Shown here piece by piece: positions 39,971-55,324 of a stretch of 64,000 nt of DNA. Source of the DNA: Eledone cirrhosa. Lineage: Eukaryota. The notes beneath the pieces were generated by a model, which had not been told where the DNA came from, did no database searches, and worked only from the letters and a program-made list of their open reading frames with translations. Position numbers and translations under genes: made by a program. Within the stretch, counting starts at the first letter, position 1. The number at the start of each line of letters is the position of its first letter. Location of the stretch: positions 321,346,001-321,410,000 of the forward strand of contig OZ024742.1 in the NCBI GenBank assembly GCA_964016885.1, written 5' to 3'.

Positions 39971-40053
39971 AGGGAAAGGGCGAAGGCTTCAAGAATATCA
40001 ACTTTGTCCGTTTTAATTTGGATTGCCTCGAGAACGTAACCTTATTATGTAAG

Positions 40054-40133
40054 AAGGTGTCTGATGAGATCATGGCACTGGGTACGCGGAATCGCGTGGC
40101 CACTGTCGTCATTGAAATATGTATCACAGCCTT
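40054..40133 (+). ncRNA. Hammerhead ribozyme with long stem II, intact core
   Basis: aaggtgt-CTGATGA-46-nt hairpin (acgcg/gaat/cgcgt apex)-GAAA-tatgta-TC-acagcctt. Confidence 0.75.
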
Positions 40134-40181
40134 ATCAATAAAGGACTTTAACATCTGAAACTTCTTCGCATTTTCTTATTC

Positions 40182-40271
<90 letters not shown>

Positions 40272-40359
40272 CGTATATATATACAATGTTATGTCAGGTC
40301 GCTCTTCAGCGCTACTGGTAATATTATAGCCCAGTACAACTTGTGCATGGTCAGGCCAT

Positions 40360-40625
40360 CCGTGTTTAAACCGGCAACCCCACCAAGCTAGCTTGGTGAG
40401 GAGGGTAATGTTTGGACACCCTGCGGGATGAAAAACAAAACCTGTCAAAGGACAGAGTAACTCAGGCGAGTCAACGGCCAGCCAATTACGTTTTTCTTTT
40501 TGCGTGAGTGTGTGTGAGTGGGGTGGGGGGGGGTGGGGGGCTTTATATTGAGGAACCCCTAGTCTTCATTAAGACATCTCTCTAGGAGAATGTGTTCACT
40601 CCGATATAAAACCTGAGACTTCGTT
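40360..40625 (+). mobile_element. RTE-type LINE 5' UTR-like fragment
   Basis: ctaggagaa..actc.gatataa.acctg motif; homolog at 60620-60858 (-). Confidence 0.55.
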
Positions 40626-40718
40626 TGCATTCAATGTTGGAGACAATATATACATATATATATATGTTTATGCATATGTATACATATATATATAAATGTA
40701 TATAGACATACGTACATA

Positions 40719-40788
<70 letters not shown>

Positions 40789-40851
40789 ATGCTAAGAAAT
40801 ACCAATGATAATCAGCAGGCTACTGATGATGGACATTCATATTTCTCGGTC

Positions 40852-40909
40852 TATTTTCATTCATATGTTTATATTCGCAACAATGCAGCACGCCATTTTC
40901 ATTCACACA

Positions 40910-40990
<81 letters not shown>

Positions 40991-41051
40991 GGGGGGGTGA
41001 ATGAAAATGGCGTGCTGCATTGTTGCGAATATGAACATATGAATGAAAATA
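40852..41051. repeat. 55-bp inverted repeat around a (CA)n(TA)n(G)n spacer
   Basis: 40852-40906 versus 40997-41051, one mismatch. Confidence 0.9.
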
Positions 41052-41495
41052 TATATATAATCTCATCTTAAGCAAAGTAATTAAATCAGAGTGGTAACAT
41101 AATTACACTATAATCGGGCGTATTGTTTTAACGTAGAACATTATTGGCGGGAGAATAGCGCCTTAGCTTTGGTTACCGTAGCAGACAACTTCTGTTAAAG
41201 TACAGACACACATACACGAACACATTCATATGTATATGTACATATAAACATATACGAATCACACTCATACATACACACACGTATACATGTATATCTGTTT
41301 GTGTATATGTGTCTACACACACAGAAACACAATTATATATATATACTCATACATATATACATATATACATATATACATATATACATATATATGTATGTCT
41401 GTGTGTCTGTGTGTATTCATTTATTTATACCTATACCGTATACCCTTATACCTGTATGCATGTATATATATGTATATATATATATATATATTCGC

Positions 41496-41542
<47 letters not shown>

Positions 41543-41665
41543 CCACCCCACTCTCAAGAGCGTGAAACTAATAAACCTTTGTTCGTACTGCCTCTGTTTT
41601 GTTCCCGTTCAATTTTTCACTATATATATATATATATATGTTTGTCTTTCTCTCTCTCTGTGTAT

Positions 41666-41729
<64 letters not shown>

Positions 41730-41738
41730 GTGTGTGTG

Positions 41739-41775
<37 letters not shown>

Positions 41776-41926
41776 CTGTGTGTGCCTGTGTGTGTATATA
41801 CGAGTATGTTTATATGTCGTAGACTGAATTCTAAACAAATTTATGTATTTTTGATAAAAAATACCTCGCCAAGTCGTACCCGGTAAAGTAAGTTTCATAT
41901 TTCCGAGTATATATATATATTTCCAA

Positions 41927-41984
<58 letters not shown>

Positions 41985-42722
41985 TATAGTATATACATAC
42001 ATACATACATACATATCTTATATTACATATATACACATGTATATATATATATATATATATACGCAATTATACCTACATATAAAGTTAGATAAATGCAAAT
42101 ATTCATTCGATTATGCCTGTGTATGTATACATGTATGTATGTGTGTGTGTAAGTGTTTCTGTATGTGTGCACGCGTCTGTGACGGTGTGTGCGTGTGTTA
42201 ATATCCGTATATACGTATGTACTAGTATTTTCACATTCCCATGTTATTTCTATATGCCAACTACGTTTATGGAATCCAGTTATCAGATTACGGAATAGAA
42301 TATCAATAAACAAAAGCATGTGTAAGGCGGTGGTGGAGGTGTTGCTGCTGGAGTTATTATTAATGATGGTTGTTGTTATTGTTGTTGTTGATGGTGGAGG
42401 TGGTGGTGGTCGGGGTGGTGGGAGTGGTGACGGTCGTGTTCGTCGTTGTTATGGGTATTTGTAAAGCCTCTATAATTACTTTTCTCATTTTTGTTGAATT
42501 GTATATAGTATTGCAGTGTTGTCAACTAATGTGTTTTCTCTCAAGTTGTGTTGTGCGGTAGTATTGTAATGTGTTACGCTGGTTCATTGTTGTCAATACA
42601 TGGTCAGCCGGCGAGAAAATGTCGTAATCGTGTGTCCGATGGAACAGTTTGAGTCATGAGGTTTAAGACTGCCATGTTTTGCCTTGGGGGTGTATGCGCT
42701 GTATCAGAGGGAGAAAGAGATC

Positions 42723-42815
<93 letters not shown>

Positions 42816-42990
42816 AGAGAGAGGGAGGGGACTATCTGTGTGAAAGAGTGAAAGAAAGTGTGTGTGTGCGTGAATTGTGTAAACTCTACAACACTCCTTC
42901 TATCCTTTAACCCCCAAATCCAAAAGCAATCCCACAATTCTCAGTTCTAACCAACAGAGAACATCGAATTCCATTAGAAGCTAGTGTGTG

Positions 42991-43113
42991 AGCAGTGGTG
43001 CCGGGCTCCATTCCCTGCCCTCCTTCTCCACTGGCACGCAGCTAGACAACAATAGCCTGCGCATCGGCGTTTCCTTGAGGCTCGGCCTCCGGATCTGCGA
43101 GCCACACCAATGT
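42991..43113 (+). pseudogene. CRE-clade (RLE-type) non-LTR retrotransposon fragment
   Basis: [41 protein letters not shown] resembles the SGAWL.ALP..G..LD..RI.V.LRLG..C.PH.C motif. Confidence 0.75.
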
Positions 43114-43442
43114 ATGTATGTGTATGGGTTATACAATAACAAAGTTCTTTAACTTCATATGTCCGGCAAAATTCTTTGCTTAGGTTTGCATAAATGTCGA
43201 CATTCCCAAATGCAAGATTGGTTGACATATTTTGGTGGTTCTTGCACCGTTCTGTCAGTATTATATGTCGGTATCCGGGTGAGAAAGGTCGAGTGGGATC
43301 AGGGTGAAGATTTCGTAGCTTATCCAATAATCCTTACATAGAAAAGCCGATAAGATTTGGTGAAACTGAAAACAGAATTTGAGAAGTAAAATTTACAATA
43401 TCACATACAAACAAAATATTACAGACACATATACAAACACAG

Positions 43443-43508
<66 letters not shown>

Positions 43509-43560
43509 GTACATACACATACATAACACACACAAACACACACACACGTATATATATATA

Positions 43561-43610
<50 letters not shown>

Positions 43611-43772
43611 AATATACATGCATAGTCATGCATGTATGGTCGGAGATAGACATACACATATGCACACACCACACAGAAATAAGCCTATATATAATATATG
43701 TGTGTGTGTGTGTATGTATATACATACACACATATATATACATATATATATATGCATATATATATATACATG

Positions 43773-43932
<160 letters not shown>

Positions 43933-44095
43933 TATATATATACAAACATACACATTAGTGAGTGACACATTTGTCTGGCGTATACTTAATATCGCTCTGA
44001 GCCTTTCGTACCAACTCCTCTCTCACTAATACAAACTTATACGTCGTATGTATGCGTGTATGTATGTATATATATATGCATGTATGTATGTATGC

Positions 44096-44126
<31 letters not shown>

Positions 44127-44207
44127 CATGTTTGTATGTATGTATGCATGTATGTATCTCTCTCTCTTTATATTATATTCATGATATATATATATATATA
44201 TATATAC

Positions 44208-44240
<33 letters not shown>

Positions 44241-44460
44241 AGCATGTATGTGTCTGTCTGTGCATGTGTAACTTATGCTGTGTTATATGTTTATCAACCA
44301 CTCCATCCATCAGACTGTCGTCTGCTACCAACACACATATCACCAGTTACACTTATCAGATGTTCCGACTTACGTAAGATATCTTCACGTAAGCAGACTC
44401 CAGTTTACTGTAGGTGTATCTACATACCTAGATATCTATATGAAAACAAATGAATATATG

Positions 44461-44504
<44 letters not shown>

Positions 44505-44534
44505 TGTATGTGTGTATGTGTAGAAATGATTATG

Positions 44535-44612
<78 letters not shown>

Positions 44613-44972
44613 TGTGTGTGTGTATGTGTAGAAATGATTATGTATATATATATATGTGTGCGTGTGTGTTGTGCTTGTATGCCTATATATATGTGTGTGT
44701 GTGTATGTGTATGTATGTATATATATATATTCATAGATATATGAGTGTGTGTGTGTGTGTGTGAGTGTGTGTGTGTATGTATATATATGAGTGAGTGTGA
44801 GTGATGCCTGTACGTGTAATGGCCATTTGTGTGCATATGTATGCACATACATAGGCGTTTTATGTGCATATGTTTATGGATGTATGTGTATGCATGTGTC
44901 TGTATGTGTGCATGCGTGTGTATGTGCGTGCATATGTATATATATACACATACGTGCACGCAATCATATATG

Positions 44973-45013
<41 letters not shown>

Positions 45014-45099
45014 ATTCAAAAAGGAAAAATAACACACGAGAGCAATATTTGTGTTTCTGTGTAGTTTTGAGTTCGTGTGCGTTTCGGTGTATTTATCGG

Positions 45100-46163
45100 T
45101 ATGTGTAAGTGTGTATGTTTGTATATGTGTGTATATGTGTGTATGTGTATATGTGTGTATGTGTATATGTGTGTATGTGTATATGTGTGCATGTGTATAT
45201 GTGTGTATGTGTATATGTGTGTATGTGTATATGTGTGTATGTGTATATGTGTGTATGTGTATATGTGTGTATGTGTATATGTGTGTATGTGTATATGTGT
45301 GCATGTGTATATGTGTCCATGTGTATATGTGTGTATGTGTATATGTGTGTATGTGTATATGTGTGTATGTGTATATGTGTGTATGTGTATATGTGTGTAT
45401 GTGTGTATGTGTGTATGTGTATATGTGTCCATGTGTATATGTGTGTATGTGTATATGTGTGTATGTGTATATGTGTGTATGTGTATATGTGTGTATGTGT
45501 ATCTGGAAGGATGAGGTGGGTACGTTTATGAAGTGGAGACAAACCCAGTACACTTTGAAAGAAGATTTAGCGACGTGAAGTTGATGATGAAACGTTAAGT
45601 AGTACCGAGCCCTTTTGCTCGTGTCTTACGTAAAAAGCTTCGTGCAAAAAGCCTCCTGCGTATTACCTAACAACAGCAACAACAACAACAGCAACAACAA
45701 CAACAACAGCAACAACAACAGTAATAGTAACAACAGCTGTAACATCAAGAAGAAAAATGACAGCAACAACACTAACAATAACGGCAATAACAATAATATC
45801 ATCATCAACAACAATAACAAGAACAGTAGTATCAACAAGACCACTACCAACACCAACAACAACAATAGCAACTAAAGTAACCACACAGTAACAGCAAAAA
45901 CATTAGCATCAGCAACAACAACAGCAGCAATAGTAGCTTCAGCAAGAACACTACTAACACCAACATCACCAATAACAACACCAGCAATAACAAGAACAAC
46001 AACGGCAACAGAACCAACAATACGAAGAAGAAGAATTCCTCGTGGAAGTCATTTCTTATCCAAGGAAGGGAGAAGAAGAAGAAGAAGAAGAAGAAGAAGA
46101 AGAAGAAGAAGAAGAAGAAGAAGAAGAAGAAGAAGAAGAAGAAGAAGAAGAAGAAGAAGAAGA
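45100..46163. repeat. 16-bp GT/AT satellite (45120-45500), degenerate (AAC)n (45668-46020) and (GAA)n (46072-46163)
   Basis: Directly visible. Confidence 0.9.
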
Positions 46164-46385
46164 AGGCATAGCCAAAACGCCACTCTGACTCAGGTGTAGA
46201 GTCTGTCGCCCTCTCCCTTTCCACCTTTCTTTCGTTGTGTAACAATCCTTGCTCTTCCCCTCCTTCTCCTCGCTTTTGTTGTTTGGTGTTTTATGTCTTA
46301 TTAACTACTATCAACGTTACACGTTGAATCGTTTCTTCACGGTGGCGATTTTACAAACAATTGTATGTTTTAAACTCCAGATATA

Positions 46386-46950
46386 CGAGGAGGTGCTGAA
46401 AAGTTCCTGGCTTTCGGTAAAAGATAATACAGGAGGATGAGTTAGTTATGATTTTATTCAATATATATACTCCTCTCAAATTCACGCACTTATTGCAGTA
46501 GTCCTTCAGTTTTTCTAATCCCTGTGAAAAAAAACCTCAGAAGGTTAGGCCTCCAACCAGGCCTCTGTAGCAGCGATCACTTCCGAATCAGAGTGAAATT
46601 TTGTTCGCTTGAGATGTTTCTTCAGTTGTAGAAAGAGGTGATAGTCAGAAGGGGCCAAGTCAGGAGAGTAAGGTGGGTGGTCTACCAGTTTGAAGCCAAA
46701 GTCACGTATTTACCGTAGAGTTTGGTGAGCTGTGTGTCTGGTTCATTATCCTCCAAAAACAGGACACCACGGCTCAGCTTTCCACAGCATTTCTGCTTTG
46801 ACGTTGGCAGGTATTTTAGGAGTACACCGTTTTTGTCCCAGAACACTGAAGCCAAAAACTTTCCAGATGACTCCTGGGCCCGAAACTTCTTGGGACGTAT
46901 TGAATCGCTGTGGCGCCATTCCATTGATTACTGCTTCGTCTGGGGATCAT
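46386..46950 (-). mobile_element. Mariner transposon 3' fragment with terminal inverted repeat
   Basis: TA|cgaggaggtgctgaaaagttcctgg end; SMEWRH..PKKFR..LASVFWD, DN.P, and a HPPYSPDLAPSDYHLF-like motif. Confidence 0.88.
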
Positions 46951-47337
46951 AATGCTATGGTGGCGATGTGTCTTTCTCAATGTGTAAATGTATACATATG
47001 GAGTGAAGATATGTTGAAAGTAAGCCCTATATTGTCTTTTATTTCACGGTTTTCCGAAAGGAAGACATTGGCACATAAGCTAATCCTTCTGTATTGTGAG
47101 TGCTGCTATTTAGGTGGTTGCAATTACAAGTTCATACTAAAAATGTTTTTTCCAATGACTATGGAGGTAGTTTTGTGTGCATTTGTAGCTAACATCAAGG
47201 GTATTGTTATCTCTGATCTTTGGGGAAATACTTATTTATAAAATTCACTAAAATCTCATGAAAATTGGCAACACGGAACCGAACATTTAAACTATACAGG
47301 GGTTATACCATGTAATATTTCAAATCAGTAAAATGTA

Positions 47338-47670
47338 TGACGTAGTGGCTAGAACGTGGGGCTTACAATCGTGAGTTTGTGAGTTCGATTCTCGGGCCGA
47401 GCTTTGTGTTGTGTTCTTGAGCAAAACACCTTATTTCACGTTACTCCAGTTAACTCGGCCTTAGAAATGAGTTGCGACGTCATTGGTGCCAAGCTGTATC
47501 GGCCATTGCCTTTTCCTTGGACAATATCGGTGGCGTGGAGAGAGGAGGCTAGTATGCATGAGCGACTGCTGATCTTCCACAAACAACCTTGCCCGGACTT
47601 GTGCCTCGGAGGGGAACTTTCTAGGTTCAAATCCCATGCTCATTCGTGACTGAAGGTGGTTTTTACGCTT
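47338..47670 (+). mobile_element. tRNA-derived SINE family 2, near full length
   Basis: B-box gagttcgattc, central gtgttcttgagcaaaacacctt domain; homologous to 6520-6766. Confidence 0.85.
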
Positions 47671-47687
47671 TACCCATATATATATAT

Positions 47688-47985
47688 GCAAAAGTTATAT
47701 TTAATTTGTTGGGATTCAACAAGCTTAAAAGTTTTATAACTGATATAAAGCACTCAACAAATTACTGGAGTAACTATTCAGTATATTAATAAATGGAAAC
47801 TATAATTATAAAACCATAATTATTTTATTATATATATTTCAAGGGTAACCAAGGCAAATTTTGGTGCGCTTTCATCAGATAAAATACAAAGTTTGTTTTA
47901 TAAATGTTGTCATACCCACAGAAAAACAACCTTGACGGTTGAAGGTTCTCTGGATAGAGAACCTTCAATCGTCAAGGTTGTTTTT
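47688..47985 (-). mobile_element. Family A module with intact HHR (47821-47886) and a 30-bp fold-back at its 5' end
   Basis: Homology to 10812-11085; inverted repeat 47922-47951 / 47956-47985. Confidence 0.82.
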
Positions 47986-48277
47986 TCGTTTTTTCGTTTT
48001 TTCCCGTTATTTGCCAGGGAACGTTTCCACGAACCAAAGTATCGTCTTCCTGTTTTCCTCCGGTTGCAACGTTTTTTGAAATATTTACTTCTGCGTTCAC
48101 AGATTGACTTTGTTAGTTTCAGAAGATCCCGTTAAGGGTGAAAGCAGCGATTCTTTGCTTAAACTTTAATCTGTTATCTTAATAAATATTTGCTCTACGG
48201 TTCTTATATATTTGATATATATTTATCCTTATCGAGCCCTCTTTGGATTTTAGTCTTCAAATTTATTATTATTACTA

Positions 48278-48388
<111 letters not shown>

Positions 48389-48594
48389 GTCCAACACAGT
48401 ATAGTGTAGAATAGTATAAGAATGTATAAATGCAGTATAGTAAGGTGTAGTGTAGTATAGCATTTTATTAATATTTTATAGTGTAATACAATCAGGAATT
48501 GGAATGGGTTTCAGTCGTTTTCGACGAAGAATATTTCAGTTAGTCAATGAACGGGACAGCCTTCGTGAAATTAATTTGCAACAATAGGAACTGA

Positions 48595-48661
<67 letters not shown>

Positions 48662-48803
48662 TGTTGTTGTTGTTGTTGTTGTTTTAAAGGGGTGATAGTA
48701 GTGGGGAGGTTATAATGATATGCATTCAACACTTCACCTACAATATAAGCGTTAGTAATTAATTACAGAAAACCATTATTATTACTATCATCATCATCAT
48801 CGA

Positions 48804-48842
<39 letters not shown>

Positions 48843-48903
48843 TATAGTTATTAAATTTCGACAATTTTTCTTCAGCATGATGTGACATTGCTGGTGTAAC
48901 AGT

Positions 48904-49930
48904 TGTGGTGGTGGTGGTGGTGGTAGTGGTGTTGGTGGTAGTGGTGGTGGTAGTGGTGGTGGTGGTTGTGTTGGAGGAGGGTCAGTGATGGTGGTGGTGG
49001 TGGTGGTGGTAGTGGTGGTGGTGGTTGTGGTGGAAGAGAGTCAGTGATGGTGGTAGTGGTGGTGGTAGTTGTGGTGGTGGTTGTGGTGGAGGAGGGTCAG
49101 TGATGGTGGTAGTGGTGGTGGTGGTGGTGGCGGTGGTTGTGGTGGTGGTGGTGGTATTGGTGGTGGTGGATTTGTTGTTGTTGTTGTTGGTGGTAGTGGT
49201 GATGGTGGTGGCGGTGGTGGATTTGTTGTTGTTGGTGGTGGTGGTGGTGGTGGTGGTGGTGGTGGTGGTGGTGGTGGTGGTGGTGGTGGTGGAGGAGGGT
49301 CAGTGATGGTGGTAGTGGTGGTGGTGGAGGAGGGTCAGTGATGGTGGTGGTGGTGGAGTTGTTGCTTGTGGTGGTGGTGGTGGTGGTGGTGGTGGTGGTG
49401 GTGGTGGTGGTGGAGGAGGGTCAGTGATGGTGGTAGTGGTGGTGGTGGAGGAGGGTCAGTGATGGTGGTGGTGGTGGAGTTGTTGTTTGTGGTGGTGGTG
49501 GTGGTGGTGGTGGAGTTGTTGTTTGTGGTGGTGGTGGTGGTGGTGGGTCAGTGATGGTGGTACTGGAGGGGTTGGGGGGTTATAGAGGCAGTAATGGAGA
49601 TGATGTGCAGATGGTATTAGTTGTGTGGGTGTAAATAATGGTAATGATGTTATTTTGGTGGTGCTGGTGCAGTTTGTGGGTTGCTGGGAGGAGTATTGCT
49701 GCAAGTGCATATGATTGTTGTGGAGGTAGTTGCAGTGGTTTTGTGGGGTGGTTTATAGGTACTGCTAGTGCCGGTGGATGATGGTGTTGTTGTTGTTGTT
49801 GTTGTTGTTGTTGTATTGGTGGTGGTAGTGGTGGTGGTGGTGGTGGCGGCGGCGGCTGCGGTGGTGGTGGTGGTGGTGGTGGTTGTGGTGGTTGTGGCGG
49901 CGACTGTGGTGGTGATGGTGGTGGTGGTGG
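48904..49930. repeat. Degenerate (GGT)n/(GTT)n tract with recurrent ggaggagggtcagtgat
   Basis: Directly visible. Confidence 0.9.
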
Positions 49931-50149
49931 TTGAGGGTGAATATTAGGGATGGTTGCTGGAAACGGGTTAATCGAGCTGGCACTTGATAGTTTAGGGTGA
50001 GTAGTAATTAGAGGGTGGTTAGGGTGGTTTGGGTGGTTTGGCTCCTGCTTGATATTGTAGTGATGGTGGGGGAGGTATAGTGGGAGTTTGTGGGGAGATG
50101 GTTAAAAGCAAATGACTGTTACAGGCAAAGAACAGCAAAAGCAATTAAA

Positions 50150-51309
50150 ACAACAACAAAAACATTAACAATATCAGCAGCATCAACATCACCAACAACA
50201 ACACCATCACCATCAACAACATCACCTTCAACAACATCACCTTCAACAACAGCAACAACAACAACAAAAACAACACCATCATCAACAACATCAACAACAT
50301 CACCAACAACAACAACACCACCACCATCAACAACATCACCATCAACAACAACATCAACATCAACAACATCAACAACATTAACAACAACACCACCACTAGC
50401 ACCACCACCACCACAACCACCACCACCACCACCACTGGCATCAACAACAATACCACCACCATAATCACCACCACCACCACCACCACCACCACCACCACCA
50501 CCACCACCATTAACACCACCACCACCAGCACCACAACCACCACCACCACCACCACCACCACTAGCACCAACAACAATACCACCACCATAATCACCACCAC
50601 CACCACCACCACCACCACCACTAGCACCACCACCACCAGCACCACAACCGCCACCACCATAATCACCACCACCACCACCACCACTAGCACCAACAACAAT
50701 ACCAACACCATAATCACCACCACCACCACCACCACCACCACTAGCACCACCACCACCAGCACCACAACCACCACCACCATAATCACCACCACCACTACCA
50801 CCACTAGCACCAACAACAATACCACCACCATAATCACCACCACCACCACCACCACCACCACCACTAGCACCACCACCACCAGCACCACAACCGCCACCAC
50901 CATAATCACCACCACCACTACCACCACTAGCACCAACAACAATACCACCACCATAATCACCACCACCACCACCACCACCACCACCACCACCACCACCACC
51001 ACCACCACAACCACCACCACCACCACCACCACCACCACCACCACCACAACCACCACCACCACCACCACCACTAGCACCACCACCACCACCACCGCCACCA
51101 CCACCACCACCACTAGCACCACCACCACAACCACCACAACCACCACCACCACCACCACCACTAGCACCACAACCACCACCACCACCACTACTAGCACCAC
51201 CACCACCACCACTAGCACCACCACCACCACCATAAACATCACCACTACCACTAACGGCAGCACTAGCACCACAGACACCATTAGCAGCAACAACAACAAC
51301 AACAAAACC

Positions 51310-51341
<32 letters not shown>

Positions 51342-52408
51342 AACCAACAACAACAACAACAACAGCAACAACAACAGCAACCAAAACAACAACAACAACA
51401 ACAACAGCAACAGCAACAACAACAACAACAATACCAACAACAACAACAACAGCAACAACAACAACAACAATACCAACAACAACATTACCATCATCAACAA
51501 CAACAACAACAACAGCAACAACAACAACAACAGCAACCAAAACAACAACAACACCAACAACAACAATACCAACAACAACAACAATACCAACAACAACAAC
51601 AACAACAATACCAACAACAACATTACCATCAACAACAACAGCAACCAAAACAACAACAATACCACCACCAACAACAACAACAACAGCAACCAAAACAACA
51701 ACAATACCACCACCAACAACAACAACAACAGCAACCAAAACAACAACAATAGCACCACCAACAACACCAACAACAACAACCAAAACAACAACAACAACAG
51801 CAACCAAAACAACAACAACTACAGCAACAACAACAACAATACCAACAACAACAACAATACCAACAACAACAACAGCAACCAAAACAACAACAATAGCACC
51901 ACCAACAACACCAACAACAACAACCAAAACAACAACAACAACAGCAACCAAAACAACAACAACTACAGCAACAACAACAACAATACCAACAACAACAACA
52001 ATACCAACAACAACAGCAGCAATCAAAACAACAACAATAGCACCACCAACAACACCAACAACAACAACCAAAACAACAACAACAACAGCAACCAAAACAA
52101 CAACAACTACAGCAACAACAACAACAATACCAACAACAACAACAATACCAACAACAACAGCAGCAATCAAAACAACAACAATAGCACCACCAACAACACC
52201 AACAACAACAACCAAAACAACAACAACAACAGCAACCAAAACAACAACAACTACAGCAACAACAACAACAATACCAACAACAACAACAATACCAACAACA
52301 ACAGCAGCAACCAAAACAACAACAATAGCACCACCAACAACACCAACAACAACAACCAAAACAACAACAACAACTGCAACCAAAACAACAACAACAACAG
52401 CAACAACC
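50150..52408. repeat. Degenerate (ACC)n/(AAC)n tract with about 120-bp higher-order repeats
   Basis: About 120-bp periodicity at roughly 50560-50960 and 51720-52400. Confidence 0.9.
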
Positions 52409-52559
52409 ATGATACTTTATTACTGGACAGCACAAAAACACTCCTGTATCTTTCAATTTTACCCTTCATTTCATTTCCCGTAACACGGAGTGGGGTGAAT
52501 AGGGGGAGGGTGGACCTGAAAGATATGACCGGAAACACTATATTTGTATATATATATAC

Positions 52560-52652
<93 letters not shown>

Positions 52653-52682
52653 TTATATATATTTATATATTATATATATATA

Positions 52683-52742
<60 letters not shown>

Positions 52743-52764
52743 CATAATCGGAGAAAGCTCATAG

Positions 52765-52816
<52 letters not shown>

Positions 52817-52913
52817 GGGGGGTATGTGTGTGTGTATATATGTATATATATATTATGTATATATATATTATATATATGTATATATCCATGTGTATACGTA
52901 TATGTGTATTTAT

Positions 52914-52950
<37 letters not shown>

Positions 52951-53156
52951 TATATGTATATATATAATATATATACATATAATATATATATATAATATAT
53001 ATATATTATATATATATATGTATATATATAATATATATATATATTATATATATTATATATATATATGTGTATATATACAATATATATATATATATATTAT
53101 GTATATATACATAAATTATATTTATATATATATTTTAAATATATATATAAATATAT

Positions 53157-53428
53157 GCAAAAGTTCTATTTAAATTGTTGGGATACAACAAGCAAATATT
53201 TTTATAACTGATATAAAGCACTCGACAAGTATTTGGAGTAAATATCCTGATGTCTTCCAAAAGTAACGGTTGCATTTTGAAAGGGTACGTCAATGTTTAT
53301 TTATAAAACTGGTATATATTGTATTTTGTCTGATGAAGGCATCCCATAATTTAACATGGTATCCTTGAAATATGTATGATGAAATAGATATGATTTTATA
53401 AATATAGTTTCCATTTGTTAATATCGTA
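53157..53428 (+). mobile_element. Family A module: inverted tail (53157-53245) joined to a body whose HHR (53322-53386) has the cleavage site mutated to TG
   Basis: Homology to the other family A copies. Confidence 0.78.
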
Positions 53429-53696
53429 TATATATATATATTTATATATATATATAATGTATATATATATATAATGTTATATATATATATTATATATATA
53501 TAATGTTATATATATATATTATATATATATATAATATATGCTTCTACTTTAGGCACAAGGCCAGCAATTGCCCAGTACATTACTGGTACTTTACTGGTAC
53601 TTTATATATATATATATAATATAGATATATAGATAGATATACATATATATATATACATATGTATATATATATGTATATATATATATATATATATAC

Positions 53697-53801
<105 letters not shown>

Positions 53802-54045
53802 TGTGTGTGACTATGTGTGTGTGTCTGGAAAGACACTGTGATTTAATGGGTAAATGAGTGACCACCAGCACCGAAATATACCTTCCCTTATTCCGGCAGT
53901 ATCCGTGTAATGTTACAGATATAGTTGCTGTATTTTTTGTTGCAGATGTTTAGTGGGAGAGGGTGACATTCTTATAAATGTTATTACTGCCTTATAACTT
54001 TTGACATCTATAACAGACTTAGGGCAAAGTGTTTTAATATGTACC

Positions 54046-54111
<66 letters not shown>

Positions 54112-54268
54112 TGAGTGCGTTTGTGTATTAATAAAAAAAATTCTTCTTCTAGACACAAAACATTCATTTTTACTCAGATTATAAAGAGGAATGCAACTTG
54201 TTAGAATAGGGGCGTTGTGAATATTGTAGAGTGTGCCCCGAGGGTTTAAGGTGCGCCTTTGAAATACC

Positions 54269-54352
<84 letters not shown>

Positions 54353-54452
54353 TGTGCACATGTAGATTGTCACAAAATATATTCAATTAGTTTTCTGAAA
54401 TGTTACAACAATTCAGCGAAATATATTAATAACTCGTGTGAATATGTGTGTG

Positions 54453-54583
<131 letters not shown>

Positions 54584-54930
54584 GGGGGATCAGAGAGAGA
54601 GAGAGAGAGACAGGGAGAGAGATAGATAGATAGATAAGTTTGTATGTATACATGTGTATATTGTGTTATGTTTGTATGTCTGAATTTATATATTTACGTA
54701 TATGACCGTGTTTGCGTATATACTATATATATATATATATTTATAAGTATATATATATATTTATATATATATATGCGTGTGTGTGTGTTTGTGTGTGTGT
54801 GTGACGTAAAATCCTTGCAATATGGAACGGCATAATATAAATGAATAGTGCAATTCTACAAGATTTGTGTCAAATAATCTAATTATAAACACACAAACAC
54901 AGACACACCTATATATTTATATATATATAC

Positions 54931-55056
<126 letters not shown>

Positions 55057-55147
55057 TATATACACCTATAAAGTGTATATACAAATGAGGAGTGGAGAAC
55101 TTCATATGGTACAGCATCGACATCAATTTAGATGAGAATTAATAAAC

Positions 55148-55324
<177 letters not shown>

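Noticed and set aside
40790-40840. gaaataccaatga...ctgatga.ggac motif (also about 61815-61860 on the minus strand) as a permuted hammerhead
   Set aside because: Stems I-III and the UH site could not be formed.
50119-52456. 763-aa Val/Gly-rich and 275-aa Cys-rich ORFs as genes
   Set aside because: Triplet-repeat frames with no signal peptide or unique domain; kept only as a low-interest note.
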